NCBI GenBank assembly: GCA_052279835.1
Contig: CP181291.1
Span: 3,520,001-3,584,000 of the forward strand
Origin: Microcoleus sp.
GTDB lineage: Bacteria; Cyanobacteriota; Cyanobacteriia; Cyanobacteriales; Microcoleaceae
Direction of reading: 5' to 3'
Length of the DNA stretch: 64,000 bases
The notes below the pieces were generated by a model that worked only from the letters and a program-made list of their open reading frames with translations, ran no database searches and was not told the DNA's origin. Below, one piece after another: positions 19,264-30,258 of the stretch; the first letter of the stretch is position 1, and each line of letters starts with the position of its first letter. The translations under genes and the position numbers were made by a program.

Positions 19264-19448
19264 GTACACAAAAAACCCGATCGCCCATCCACCCAAAAAC
19301 CGGCGGTTGTCACCCCGTCAGCCCCGGCGGTTGAAACCGCGTGTATACAAACAAAACCCGGATGGTCCGCGGGTTGAACAATTTACAGTCTAAATATTTA
19401 ATCAAAGTATGTTATTTTAGCATTAGACCTAGTTACAGGACGATCGCA

Positions 19449-19631
19449 GTGAACCAAGTCGTAACACTAGAACTTCGAGATGAATTGTATGTAGCTTTAA
19501 AGCAACAGGCTGAAAGTGTTGGTATATCTCTGGCAGAGTAGATTGCTGTTGCACTTGAACAACAAAGCATCTTATTAATTCAACTAAAAACTGATGCAGA
19601 AAAAGAGGTGGCGCGTCAGCGGTTTCGTCAA
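19449..19631 (+). pseudogene. antitoxin-like gene with an internal stop, truncated
   Basis: VNQVVTLELRDELYVALKQQAESVGISLAE*IAVALEQ...ARQRFRQ; TAG at 19539-19541. Confidence 0.55.
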
Positions 19632-19651
19632 ATAAGCCTAGCAGGGCTCGC

Positions 19652-19972
19652 ATGGAAACTATTGGTAAGGACATGGGAAGTGAAGCTGAAGCTTTTAAGT
19701 TTATGGCAAGTTTCAGCGATTTTGCTAAGGAAAAGTATGTTTGGCAAGCGGTGGCGGATACTCGGAGTTTGAGTGCGGGTTTGAGGTTGCTAGAAAATGC
19801 GATTCACACGATTGAGGGGATTATTGAGATTGAGAGGGCTAAGAGCGATCGCACTTTGAATGTTACGATCGGGGCTGTGGGTGTGGGAATTGCCACCAGT
19901 GGGGTTTACGCGAGTGTTTATGCAGGCCAAGTTGCACCTCCGAAAAATCCGATGGATGTGAATAGCGACTGA
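19652..19972 (+). pseudogene. internal fragment of a larger helical/TM protein
   Basis: Protein-like LLENAIHTIEGIIEIERAKSDR plus one TM; fused directly to the preceding stub. Confidence 0.45.
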
Positions 19973-20157
19973 GACTACAGATTAATACTGTACTTGATGA
20001 ACCTGTAATATACTATCAATCTACCGCTCCTCCACCAAAATGTAGATATTACAGAGCAGCCACTCTCAAAAATTACCTCAACCTAATCAGCACTTAGGAC
20101 GATTCCGCTCCGGTAATTGCCCTGATAACTTAAGAACATCAACCACTACTTCATTCC

Positions 20158-20445
20158 TTGCAGAGGTGTATCATGTTCGGACTTTCTATCTTGGCTATGT
20201 ACGTGATGACTTTTTTGATACTGACTCAACCTATGAGTAGCGGTAGGACTCGCGACTGGTGGGTGGAAGTGGATACAGACTCAGGAAACCGCACTTATTA
20301 CTTTGGTCCCTATCGAACTAAAGATGAAGCCGACAATAGCACGATCGGCTATATCAGAGACCTGGAGAGGAAAGGAGCTAAAAAAATTAGCATCGACATC
20401 AAACAAGGTCGCCAACCCAGCCAACTACAAACCAGCGAAGAGTAA
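20158..20445 (+). CDS. DUF1816 family protein
   Basis: WWVEV..TYYFGPY...GYIRDLE..GA; start uncertain. Confidence 0.8.
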   Translation: MQRCIMFGLSILAMYVMTFLILTQPMSSGRTRDWWVEVDTDSGNRTYYFGPYRTKDEADNSTIGYIRDLERKGAKKISIDIKQGRQPSQLQTSEE

Positions 20446-20617
20446 CACGAAAGGTTGAAGGCTAAAACATGAATAAGTCGATCGATATAAATCCTGTCAC
20501 ATTGCGGGTTCACAAATATCCATAACTTCACATCTAGATATTTGTCAACCCGCCTAAATCCAAGAACAGGTTTGCATTCCTTCCTTGGTTCATCAGGTAT
20601 CGGTGACGGCAGTTTTT

Positions 20618-21643
20618 TCAAAGCAGCCCTTGGTTTAAATGGCTGCGAGGATTAAAAGTACGATTTGCCTTGATTTTTTCATAACATTCCCGTTCGAGAG
20701 TGCTGATTTCTTTTGGCGGTACGATCGCAATTTTCACCAAAAGATCCGTTCGTTCCTCTTTGTTAGGTTTCGGCCATCCCTTACCCCGCAACCGCAAAGA
20801 CTGTCCCGATCGCATTCCCGCAGGAAATTTTACCGTTATCATACCTTCGGGTGCCGGCACCTCAATCGACGCTCCCAAAACCGCTTCATCGGGAGTTATC
20901 GGCACTTCACAAACCAAATTTTCTCCCTCAAACTGGAAGAAAGGATGAGGCAAAACTTCTACTTTCAAGTACAAATCTCCCTGCTGCTTCGTATAGGGAT
21001 CGATTTGACCTTTGCCTTTCACCCGAATTTTGCTACCAGTTTTCACTCCCGCAGGAATCGAAACTTCCCCGCTGGCGACTTTCTTAGAAGTGCCGCGAAA
21101 TGCTTCCCCCAAAGTCAGGGAAATACTGACTTCAGTGTTGAGAGAGGTTCCCGCTGCGCGGTTTTCATACCCCGCAAAATCTTCAAATCCGCCAAAACCA
21201 GTCGGACCCCCTGCGGTAGTGCGGTAGTTGCTGTAATTCCACTTACCACTGCGGCCGGCACTAGCACCCGCGCCGCCACCCCGGCCGAGCAATGTATTGA
21301 TAAATTCATCAAAACTGCCGTACTGGCTGAAGTCCACGCCTCCAAAGTCTGTAGGGCCACTTCCCGAAGGCCCGCCACCACCGGGCCAGCCCCCAGTCGT
21401 TGCAGCAGCTTGCTTCCAATATTGACCATATTGGTCGTATTTTTTGCGTTTTTCTGGATCTGACAAAACTTCGTAGGCTTCGTTGACTTCTTTAAAACGA
21501 GCTTCGGCTTCCTTGTTTCCTGGGTTCATGTCCGGGTGATATTTCCGGGCTAGTTTGCGGAAAGTTTTTTTAATTTCATCTGCGCTGGTAGTTTTGTTGA
21601 GTCCCAAAATAGCGTAATAGTCTTTAAAGTCGGTTGCAGCCAT
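20618..21643 (-). CDS. DnaJ-class chaperone (type II, CbpA-like)
   Basis: J domain with HPD, G/F region, C-terminal domain, no Zn finger. Confidence 0.93.
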   Translation of the reverse strand: MAATDFKDYYAILGLNKTTSADEIKKTFRKLARKYHPDMNPGNKEAEARFKEVNEAYEVLSDPEKRKKYDQYGQYWKQAAATTGGWPGGGGPSGSGPTDFGGVDFSQYGSFDEFINTLLGRGGGAGASAGRSGKWNYSNYRTTAGGPTGFGGFEDFAGYENRAAGTSLNTEVSISLTLGEAFRGTSKKVASGEVSIPAGVKTGSKIRVKGKGQIDPYTKQQGDLYLKVEVLPHPFFQFEGENLVCEVPITPDEAVLGASIEVPAPEGMITVKFPAGMRSGQSLRLRGKGWPKPNKEERTDLLVKIAIVPPKEISTLERECYEKIKANRTFNPRSHLNQGLL

Positions 21644-22363
21644 TTACCAATCTCCTCTTTATTAGTTGTTACTTGTTAGTTTTTAGAAGCAATAAATCCT
21701 AGATTCACAGGATAGGCAATAATTTTGATGCTGGCGGTGAATGTTCCCTGGGGCATCTCATCCAAATTATAGGTTATCAAATGTTTGGAGTCGATCGAGT
21801 GCGGTTGTTCCAAGCTTTACGTCCGCAATTTCCACACCTAGTCAGATTTGAGATGGGATATTTAAGATTTTAAATTAGGGAACTGTGTCATTACCGGCTG
21901 TGGGCATTTTGGCATGGTGGAGGCTATGCTAGGGATGTGGCTGTGGTAGCTGGGGTGATGTGCGCCCCGTTTACTCTCACGATCGCTCTTTGGACTCGAT
22001 GACTACAAGGCGAATCGTCTTCAGCGAGTCCGGGCGCGCGATCGTCTTTATCTATTTTGGGAGCGCTGAAAATTTTACACTCAACTCCCTTTTTCACAAC
22101 CGCCCATCTAATTTTTAGATTCCCAAACCCAAAAAAAGCTGTTTGTCTAAAGGAGTATTCTGATTTTGTCGCTACTCTTCATATCAATAAAATGTTGTCT
22201 TTGTCAAGGGTTAGTAGTCAGATTTTTTATGGTTTATAGATAGATTTAATTCAACAGCAAACTGCACATTTATGGAGTTTTTTGTTAACTAGAACACACA
22301 CTTTCCAAAAAATTAAGATAGGATGGGATTTCAATAAATTATTCACACTACCAGGGTGACAAG

Positions 22364-22570
22364 ATGATTAACTATTTGCTGGGCTGGCCTTGTGGCTGCT
22401 GCGACGATTGGAAGGATCTTTCCGAGAACTCGATTGTACTCAGAAGCGGGCAGCATATTTGTCAGTCTTGCTACGATCGCAAACTCCAGACTCAGAAGCT
22501 AGCGGCCAGACGCAAGAGAGCGAAGATTTCTGTATCAGATCAGACTGTTTTACAGACTTTGCCTCACTAA
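22364..22570 (+). CDS. small putative zinc-finger protein
   Basis: CGCC...HICQSC followed by a basic helix. Confidence 0.5.
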   Translation: MINYLLGWPCGCCDDWKDLSENSIVLRSGQHICQSCYDRKLQTQKLAARRKRAKISVSDQTVLQTLPH

Positions 22571-22845
22571 TGGGCGATCGCCACAGAAGTTAGCAAGTAG
22601 GTTAGCCAAATTCGAGGGGCGATGGAGAGCGATCGTCAACAGCGATTTTTCATGGGGGCAATTATATAGAGCGATCGTTAGTCATTAGTCATTGCTCATC
22701 CCTCGCTGTTAATTATTCATTAATTCACAATCATTTATCATCAGTTATCGATCGGGTATGCCACAGATTTAAAATTCAATAACAAACTACTGAGAACTAA
22801 TGAATAACTAATTATGAGTAAGAGCGAATGACTAATAACTAATAA

Positions 22846-24136
22846 CTAAATGATTGTGCCATCGGGAATCGTAGCATTTTTCAGCACTACCACAATGCCG
22901 CTGCGAATGTAAAAACCTTCGCTTTCGCGATTGGCTTCTTCTACTCGGTCTTTATTAATGATTTGAACATTGCGGCCGATGCGTGCATTTTTATCCACAA
23001 TCGCGCGGCGAATTGTGGTATCTGCACCGATGCCCAGGGCAACGCCACTGTTTTCCAATGCTGAATGGCGTTCGGCATCGGGTTCGTAGAAGTCAGAACC
23101 CATGACGAGGGTGTCTTGAATTGTACATCCGGCTTCAATGCGCGATCGAACTCCCAACACAGAATGGTCGATCCGGCACTGTTTGAGAATACACCCTTCG
23201 GCAATAATTGATTCAGTCACCCTAGAATCTAACAACTTAGTCGGTGGCAAGAAACGCGGGCGAGTGTAAATGGGAGCATTTTCATCGTAGAAACTGAAAG
23301 GAGGCTTAGGCTGTTTGGTCAGCGCCAAATTAGCATCATAAAAAGCCTCTATGGTTCCAATATCTTCCCAGTAATCGTCAAATAAATAAGCTTGAACGTT
23401 ATGGTCTTTTGCCGATGCCGGAATAATCTCTTTACCAAAATCAGTTTGGTTTAAGGATTCTTTAAGAAGTTTAATCAGAACCTCTTTTTTGAAAACATAA
23501 ATCCCCATCGAAGCAATGTAAGGACTTTCCTTGGCTTGTTCTGATGTCAGTCCCAGTGTAGTTGTATCCACCTGCATTGCTTTGAGCGCATCGCCTTTTG
23601 GCTTTTCGCTAAAAGAAACAACCCGACCATTGTCGTCAATTTTCATCAAACCAAAATCCGACGCCCGCTTCTCATCCATGGGCAAAACCGACAGGGTAAT
23701 GTCAGCATTGGTTTGGCGGTGTCTCTCCACAAATTTGCGGTAGTCCATGCGATAAAGGTGGTCGCCGGAAAGAATCAAGTATTCGTCAACATCCCACTCT
23801 TGTAGCAGCCAGAGATACTGGCGAAACTGCATCGGCTGTCCCTTGAAACCAGTCAGGGTTTTCCTGAGTTTGCTGGGCCGCTAGTACCTCGGCAAATCCG
23901 TCTGTGAAGCCGGAAAATTGGTAGGTACGAGCAATGTGGCGGTTCAGGGATGCCGAGTTGAATTGGGTAAGGACGTAGATTTTGAGTATTTCTGAGTTGA
24001 TGCAATTGCTGACTGGAATATCGATGAGGCGATATTTGCCGGCAAGGGGAACCGCGGGTTTGGCGCGCAGTTTGGTTAGGGGGTAAAGGCGGGTGCCTAC
24101 ACCGCCACCGAGAATGATGGCTAATACTCTTTTCAA
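22846..24136 (-). pseudogene. glgC: glucose-1-phosphate adenylyltransferase split by a +1 frameshift (possible sequence error)
   Basis: [17 protein letters not shown]...WFQGTADAV / RQYLWL...YWEDIGT; minus strand reads GTTTCGC where GTTCGC restores the frame (~23824-23826). Confidence 0.93.
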
Positions 24137-24376
24137 GGAACTTCCTCCAGGGGGCCGATGAACTCTCCAAGTCCAGTGTCTGATGGTGAGGACTTCTTGA
24201 CAAGGGGGGAACTTTGGATTTTGGATTTTAGATTATAGATTGGGGATTTTTGAGTTTAAATACTTATCAATAAATTGAGTATATCTTCAAAAAGATCTTG
24301 TATTTTCTACCAAAAGTTAGATACCTCAGCAACCTCTGCTACATTAGCCTAAGCCATAGCAAGCTAGGAAAACTGT

Positions 24377-25852
24377 ATGCAGATTCAAACGCCAGACTGG
24401 GTTAAACACGCCGTATTCTACCAAATATTCCCCGATCGCTTCGCCAAAAGCAAACAGCCCCGCCAACGCCTGCTACAAAACTTCATGTGGGAGGAGTGGC
24501 ACGAAATCCCGACCCTGCAAGGCTACAAAGGTGGCGACTTGTGGGGCGTGATGGAACAGCTAGACTACTTGCAAGATTTAGGGATTAACGCCATTTACTT
24601 TACCCCGATTTTTCAATCGGCGAGCAATCACCGCTATCACACTCACGACTACTATCAAGTCGATCCGATGTTGGGCGGTAATCAGGCTTTTAAAGATCTT
24701 CTAGATGCTGCTCACGCCCACAACATCAAAATCGTCCTCGATGGCGTATTTAACCACGCCAGCCGCGGCTTTTTCTTCTTCCACGACATCCTCGAAAACG
24801 GCTCCCATTCTCCCTGGTTGGATTGGTTTAAAATTGAAGGCTGGCCGCTAGCTCCCTACGATGGCAATTATCCGGCTAATTACGCCGGTTGGGATGGCAA
24901 TCGAGCGCTACCTGTATTCAATCACGACAATCCAGAAGTCCGGGAATATATCATGGAAATAGCCGAATACTGGATTAAGTTCGGCATTGACGGCTGGCGG
25001 CTAGATGTTCCTTTTGAAATTAAAACGCCAGGATTTTGGCAGGAATTTCGAGACCGAGTGAAGGCGATTAATCCGGAAGCTTACATTGTGGGCGAAGTCT
25101 GGGAAGATGCGAGGGAATGGCTCGACGGTACCCAATTTGATGGGGTGATGAATTATCTGTTTGCTGGCCCGACTATTGCTTTTACAGCGGGCGATCGAGT
25201 AGATTTAGCTCAAATTGAAGGTCGTGCTTACCGTCCCTATCCGCCACTTTTTGCTCAGGAGTACGGCGAAAAAGTTCAGCACGTTTTAGAATTGTATCCT
25301 TGGCCGATTCAGCTCACTCAACTCAATTTGTTAGCCAGTCACGACACCGCCCGGTTATTGTCCATTGCCGGAGGCGACGAAAAAAGTGTTGAACTTGCTA
25401 CCTTGTTGCTGTTAACTTTTCCCGGAGCTCCCAGCATTTATTACGGCGATGAAGTTGGTTTACCTGGTGCTCTCGATCCCGATTCCCGTCGCGGTTTTCC
25501 GATGAAATCAGATTGGAAACTGGATGTTTTAGATTACCACAAGCAATTGATAGCTTTGCGACAAAAATACTGTGCTCTCCGCACCGGAGGGTATGAAATT
25601 TTGTTTGCTCAGGGAACAGTTTATGTTTTTGCGAGAATCTTGGGGGATGAAGAAATTGTGGTTGCGGTCAATGTCGCCACAGAAGCTGCACATATTAGCT
25701 TTGAAATGCAGGTAACAGATCCCGGCCGAAGTTTCAAATATGCTCACCCGAAAGTGCTGTTTGGTCAAGGTGAGTTTGTTTGGAAAGAGGCAGGGGAAAC
25801 TCGGTATTTAGAATTGAGTCTGCCGGCGCGATCGGGCTTGATTTTAGGTTAA
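24377..25852 (+). CDS. GH13 neopullulanase/cyclomaltodextrinase
   Basis: YQIFPDRF, DGVFNH, DGWRLDV, GEVW, SHD, YYGDE. Confidence 0.93.
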   Translation: MQIQTPDWVKHAVFYQIFPDRFAKSKQPRQRLLQNFMWEEWHEIPTLQGYKGGDLWGVMEQLDYLQDLGINAIYFTPIFQSASNHRYHTHDYYQVDPMLGGNQAFKDLLDAAHAHNIKIVLDGVFNHASRGFFFFHDILENGSHSPWLDWFKIEGWPLAPYDGNYPANYAGWDGNRALPVFNHDNPEVREYIMEIAEYWIKFGIDGWRLDVPFEIKTPGFWQEFRDRVKAINPEAYIVGEVWEDAREWLDGTQFDGVMNYLFAGPTIAFTAGDRVDLAQIEGRAYRPYPPLFAQEYGEKVQHVLELYPWPIQLTQLNLLASHDTARLLSIAGGDEKSVELATLLLLTFPGAPSIYYGDEVGLPGALDPDSRRGFPMKSDWKLDVLDYHKQLIALRQKYCALRTGGYEILFAQGTVYVFARILGDEEIVVAVNVATEAAHISFEMQVTDPGRSFKYAHPKVLFGQGEFVWKEAGETRYLELSLPARSGLILG

Positions 25853-25943
25853 GCTAATTTAGCAAGCAGTGGCTAAATTAGTCTGGGACGCAACCATCTT
25901 AAGAATAGGGCAACCATCGGGGTTGCCCCTAAAAATGTTACCC

Positions 25944-26402
25944 TTAATTGATTGCTTCTGGCTTGCGGAAAAATTGCTTTAAAATCTCTCCGGGCGATCG
26001 GTCCCAAGTATCAATATGTTCGTAAATTAAGCCATCTTCATCCAGCTTGTAAGTAGAATAGCCGTTGAAAAAAATCTGGGCCTTCCAGGGAACCCGCAAT
26101 ACCCCGCGAACAGTCCAATTTGCCAAAATAGTATCCGAGGCTGTCTGAGTCACGTCGTAGAGGTCAAAGAAAATTTCGGTAAAAAATAGTTGACCGTGAA
26201 ATCGCAGAGTCCAAAAGATAATTCGGTAGTTGATTTTTCCTTTAAATTTGTTAACAGGGTCTTGAAAATAAACATCTTTTGTGTAGATGTCGTAGGAGAT
26301 GTCTGTCTCAAAAAGGGTCGGGAGATCCGCTTTGAGTGTGTCTAGGGCTTGCGCTACCTGCTTTTGATATTCGATCGAACTCAAGATATCACCTTTTAAC
26401 AC
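25944..26402 (-). CDS. DUF2358 (SnoaL-like) protein
   Basis: IYTKDVYFQDPVNKFKG...FNGYSTY..HIDTWD. Confidence 0.85.
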   Translation of the reverse strand: MLKGDILSSIEYQKQVAQALDTLKADLPTLFETDISYDIYTKDVYFQDPVNKFKGKINYRIIFWTLRFHGQLFFTEIFFDLYDVTQTASDTILANWTVRGVLRVPWKAQIFFNGYSTYKLDEDGLIYEHIDTWDRSPGEILKQFFRKPEAIN

Positions 26403-26429
26403 GAAGGGTACTTAACGTTTATACTGGCA

Positions 26430-26894
26430 TTGCCATCTCACCACCCAAATAGAGATTTGATGGATTACCCCCACTCCTCGGACATCATCGCAGAACTCAG
26501 CAGTGGCAAACTGTTGCTGGTAGATAGCCGTCGCCGGAACGGTCTAATTTTAATTAAACGTTTCCACGCGGAGTTTGCAGGGCCAGGGGCGGCCGTCGGG
26601 GGTGCTTTTGATGTTGACTCTCAGCAGGTAATTCCCGTAGGCGACTTTTGTTTGGTTTACCCTGAATCTCCCGAAGCAAGACAGAAAGCGTTTGGGATTC
26701 GGCGTCACTGGGTGCGGTTGACGGAACAGTTAACTGCTAAGCCGGAAGCTTTGGAACGCGCCCAAATGCTTTTAACTCAGTTTGAACAGTATTTTGATGT
26801 CCAAACAGTGGCACAAATTCCCGATCGAGCTTTGGCACTTTTAATCGGTGTCTTCCCCCAGACAATTCGTCAGGCACGACAGAGCGATCGTTAA
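26430..26894 (+). CDS. conserved cyanobacterial hypothetical protein, Crp-like C-terminal HTH
   Basis: HAEFAGPGAAVG; ALALLIGVFPQTI. Start probably MDYPH. Confidence 0.7.
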   Translation: MPSHHPNRDLMDYPHSSDIIAELSSGKLLLVDSRRRNGLILIKRFHAEFAGPGAAVGGAFDVDSQQVIPVGDFCLVYPESPEARQKAFGIRRHWVRLTEQLTAKPEALERAQMLLTQFEQYFDVQTVAQIPDRALALLIGVFPQTIRQARQSDR

Positions 26895-26944
26895 AAATGG
26901 TATGATTAATTTTGGTCATCTCATACCATTTTTTAAGGTTTTTG

Positions 26945-28138
26945 TCAATTCAAAATCCGGGAAAGGCGATCGCAAGTTCGCTGATTTTCCTGGGGGCTAC
27001 CTACGGTAATTCGCAAACCTCCACCAGTATGGCGAATTAATGTTCCTTCAGCTTTTAGTTGCTCCATGATTTGTTTGTGTTGTTGTTCTGCTAGATTACG
27101 ATTGTCGGCTTTCACCCGCAGGTAGACAAAGTTAGCTGCACTAGGCCAAATTTGCAATTGTTGATGCTGAGTGAGCGCTGCAATTAACTTAGCTCGTTCT
27201 GATATGGTTTCAGGGATTACTGCTAACAATAATTGGCGCTGGGCTAGGGCAAATTCTGCTGCTAATTGGGAGAAAGCTGGGAGGTTGTAGGGAAGGCGGA
27301 TTTTTTCTAAGGCGGCGGTGAGTTCGGGATTGGCGATCGCATATCCGACTCTCATTGATGCCAATCGAAATGCTTTGGAAAATGTTCGCAAAATTATCCA
27401 ATTCGGATGTTCTTGTAATTTTCCAGCTAAGGTGTTTTGGCTGAATTCAAAATAGGCTTCGTCAATTACTACTAAAATATCTTCGGGCAAACTCGACAGC
27501 CATTCTATTTCATTGGTTGTCAAAGCATTGGCGGTGGGGGAATTGGGATGAACGACAAAGACGACGCGCACGGGGGGATTTTCGGTTTGGGAGATCGCCT
27601 TTTTAGCCTCCTCGATATCCATTTCAAAAGTCTCTGGTTGGCGCGGAACACTGACAACGGGAATTCCCAGGGTTTGGGCGATAATTCCATACATCGAAAA
27701 GGTGGGATTGGCAACCAAAATTGAGCCCAAATCTCCCAAGCACGTCGCAATTAAGAGCGATCGAATTAATTCATCGGAACCGTTGCCGACAGAAATATTA
27801 TCGGCTGTAAAGGCAGTTTTTGGAGGTAGAACCCCCCCTAGCCCCCCCTTGCTAAGGGGGGGGACATGAATAGATTCAGCGATCGATTCGTTGACGTATT
27901 GGGCGATCGCCTCTTTCAGTGGTGCGTGGCCACCATCGGGATACCGATTTGTCTCAATTAGCTGCTGATAATTCCAAGCTAACTTTTGTTTTAATTCCGC
28001 TGGTAAGTCGTAGGGACATTCGTTGGTATCTAGGCGATCGATCGCACTTTTCGATGGCACTGATTCTCCCGAAGCGGAACCGGGATGGGGAGTGTATGCC
28101 GTAAGTTGGGCTAAGTCTTTTCGGATAAAAGGAAGCAT
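26945..28138 (-). CDS. hisC: histidinol-phosphate aminotransferase
   Basis: [33 protein letters not shown]. Confidence 0.93.
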   Translation of the reverse strand: MLPFIRKDLAQLTAYTPHPGSASGESVPSKSAIDRLDTNECPYDLPAELKQKLAWNYQQLIETNRYPDGGHAPLKEAIAQYVNESIAESIHVPPLSKGGLGGVLPPKTAFTADNISVGNGSDELIRSLLIATCLGDLGSILVANPTFSMYGIIAQTLGIPVVSVPRQPETFEMDIEEAKKAISQTENPPVRVVFVVHPNSPTANALTTNEIEWLSSLPEDILVVIDEAYFEFSQNTLAGKLQEHPNWIILRTFSKAFRLASMRVGYAIANPELTAALEKIRLPYNLPAFSQLAAEFALAQRQLLLAVIPETISERAKLIAALTQHQQLQIWPSAANFVYLRVKADNRNLAEQQHKQIMEQLKAEGTLIRHTGGGLRITVGSPQENQRTCDRLSRILN

Positions 28139-28148
28139 GGTATGATTT

Positions 28149-28215
28149 GCTAATGACTAATGACTAATGACTAATGACTACTGACTAATGACTACTGACT
28201 AATGACTACTGACTA
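28149..28215. repeat. heptamer tandem repeat
   Basis: (CTAATGA/CTACTGA)n. Confidence 0.9.
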
Positions 28216-28217
28216 TT

Positions 28218-28925
28218 TTAATCGCGCCACAAAGCAATTCCGCCTAACAAACCAGTCACATTTGGCACTATTTTTACCTGAAATGGCAATTCAAAAATAA
28301 TTTTTTTAGTATTACCACCGCCGAGGTATAAATAATCCAAACTAAACAGATTTTGCATGGACACAATCGCCTTTTCCAGACGGCGATTCCATCTTTTCGT
28401 GCCGACTGTATCTAAAGCAAAACGTCCTAATTGCTGTTCGTAAGTTTCCCCTTTCCGAAATGGGTGATGTCCGAGTTCCAAATTAGGGACTAAAATACCA
28501 TCAACAAATAAAGAAGAACCGAAACCTGTCCCCAGAGTCACTACTAACTCTACTCCGCTACCAGCAGTTGCTCCCAATCCTTGAATGTCGGCATCATTAG
28601 CCACTCGTACTGGTTTCCCTAACCGATCTTTGAGAGTAGTTGCTAGGTCAAAATCGATCCAAGAGGGGTCTAAATTGACGGCGGTTTTAGTGATGCCGCG
28701 ACGCACGACTCCGGGAAAACCAACGGATACTCTGTCAAATTCCCCTTGTCCCCCAGCTAAGGAGGCTATGGCTTCTAGTATTGGTTCCGGTTTTGGTGGT
28801 TGAGGGGTTTCTAAGCGACTGCGTTCCGTTTGGGGTTGGCCTTCCTCGTCCAAAACCATCACTTTGATACCGCTGCCGCCAATGTCAACGGCTAAGGTGC
28901 GAGTCGATCGATCTTCTTGAGTCAT
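28218..28925 (-). CDS. ppgK: ROK family polyphosphate glucokinase
   Basis: DIGGSGIK, NDAD, TLGTGFGS, NLELGH. Confidence 0.85.
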   Translation of the reverse strand: MTQEDRSTRTLAVDIGGSGIKVMVLDEEGQPQTERSRLETPQPPKPEPILEAIASLAGGQGEFDRVSVGFPGVVRRGITKTAVNLDPSWIDFDLATTLKDRLGKPVRVANDADIQGLGATAGSGVELVVTLGTGFGSSLFVDGILVPNLELGHHPFRKGETYEQQLGRFALDTVGTKRWNRRLEKAIVSMQNLFSLDYLYLGGGNTKKIIFELPFQVKIVPNVTGLLGGIALWRD

Positions 28926-28957
28926 TGGAGTGTTGAGATTTGCAAATTAATCAAATT

Positions 28958-29647
28958 TTAGTTGAATTGGCAAAAATTTTGAATCGCTTCCCACATTTCT
29001 GCTAGAAAATTTCCCAAGGAATGGTCGTCTTCTAGTTCGATTAATTGCACCCAGGGACGGTTAGCGGCAAAATTTCTGCTAGCCTGAATCGGTATGATTG
29101 TATCATGCAGACCGTGGATAATTAACGTAGGCACTGACCGTATTAATTTTTCTTCACGGTATTGGGCCATATCTTCCACAAATTGATAATTCAGTGGCAG
29201 ATAACGCTGTTCGCCGTAGTGGTATACGGGTAAATATTTCTCTGACTGCCATTTTTGTAACTGTTCCTGTCCCAATCGGGGCAGCCAGTGGGAGAGAAAG
29301 TCAAAAGCCGGTGCTAACAAAACTATTTGTTTTACCGATAGTTGTCGTTGGGCCAACCAAGCTGCTGTCAGCCCGCCAAAGCTAGAACCAATGATGGTGA
29401 CTTCACTAGCATTTTTGATGTTTTCTGCCACTGGCTGAAGTGTTTGGGGCGACAAAAATGCTGTTTCTATTTGGTGTAATTGCCTGGTGAGGGTGAGATT
29501 GGAAAAATCTTGGTGATTGAGATCGGGAGTTTTCAGGTCAATTCCTAGGGAAGAAAAGCGATCGCGGAAATATTTTGCCTTTAGGGAATCGGGACTGGAA
29601 GCAAATCCGTGTAAATAAATGTAACTCGAATTATTGGGAAGATTCAT
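28958..29647 (-). CDS. YqiA/YcfP alpha/beta esterase
   Basis: YLHGFASSP, GSSFGG, DDHSL. Confidence 0.9.
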   Translation of the reverse strand: MNLPNNSSYIYLHGFASSPDSLKAKYFRDRFSSLGIDLKTPDLNHQDFSNLTLTRQLHQIETAFLSPQTLQPVAENIKNASEVTIIGSSFGGLTAAWLAQRQLSVKQIVLLAPAFDFLSHWLPRLGQEQLQKWQSEKYLPVYHYGEQRYLPLNYQFVEDMAQYREEKLIRSVPTLIIHGLHDTIIPIQASRNFAANRPWVQLIELEDDHSLGNFLAEMWEAIQNFCQFN

Positions 29648-29695
29648 TCAGCAGTTTTTGTTAAATTGAACAATAAATATAAATTATAACACCGA

Positions 29696-29727
29696 AAACC
29701 AAGACTTCTTTAAGAAGTCTTGGTTCT
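29696..29727. terminator. palindrome, probable terminator of the sigma operon
   Basis: AACCAAGACTTCTT-T-AAGAAGTCTTGGTT. Confidence 0.55.
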
Positions 29728-29753
29728 CAGAAACCTAGATTTAAATGGGAGTA

Positions 29754-30239
29754 TTACTGGGGTTTACCGCCGTTTTGCATCCTGTTTTTAGCTGTTTCGC
29801 GGCGCTGATTCATCAGTTCAGCTAATTGGGTGCGCTGTGCTGGGGTGAGGATCTCTCGCATTGCTAGCGTACTTTCTAGTCTCACATCATCCAACTGCTT
29901 TTTTAATCCGCTTATTTGGTTGTTTTTCTCGCGGATCTGGCTGGCTGTAGCAGTGCCACTCATCATCGTTTGCAATTCTTGTCTGGCTTGACGCACAGCT
30001 TGCATACGCTGGGAAATTTGGTCTTTATAGCGATCGCGAACAGCCTGCATTTTCTGTTTTTGGTCGGCACTTAAATTAAGCTTCTCGAACATCCCACCTT
30101 CCTTAGCACCAGTTCGATTTGGTCGCTGATTTTGGGCAATAGTTTCTGCGGGTAGGGGATTGGGAACTGCGATGGCGGCGGTAGCGCTACCGAGGGTCAG
30201 CATTAACAGGGCTAGGGTAGAAATGCGACGCATTGACAT
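29754..30239 (-). CDS. Spy/CpxP family periplasmic chaperone
   Basis: Signal peptide; LNLSADQ and ILTPAQ (LTxxQ) motifs. Confidence 0.9.
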   Translation of the reverse strand: MSMRRISTLALLMLTLGSATAAIAVPNPLPAETIAQNQRPNRTGAKEGGMFEKLNLSADQKQKMQAVRDRYKDQISQRMQAVRQARQELQTMMSGTATASQIREKNNQISGLKKQLDDVRLESTLAMREILTPAQRTQLAELMNQRRETAKNRMQNGGKPQ

Positions 30240-30258
30240 GAAAATTACCTCTTTAAGA

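Noticed and set aside
19101..19313. N-terminal extension of ORF 18870-19313
   Set aside because: It is translated repeat DNA (KETGF/KKPGF). The same applies to ORFs 9054-9308, 9919-10231, 36528-36753 and 61818-62015.
20639..21463. 274-aa ORF antisense to the DnaJ-class gene
   Set aside because: A shadow frame of a conserved gene; the other antisense ORFs over core genes were dropped for the same reason.
23815..23835. Programmed frameshift in glgC
   Set aside because: No slippery heptamer or stimulator is visible, and a similar lesion elsewhere points to error or simple mutation.
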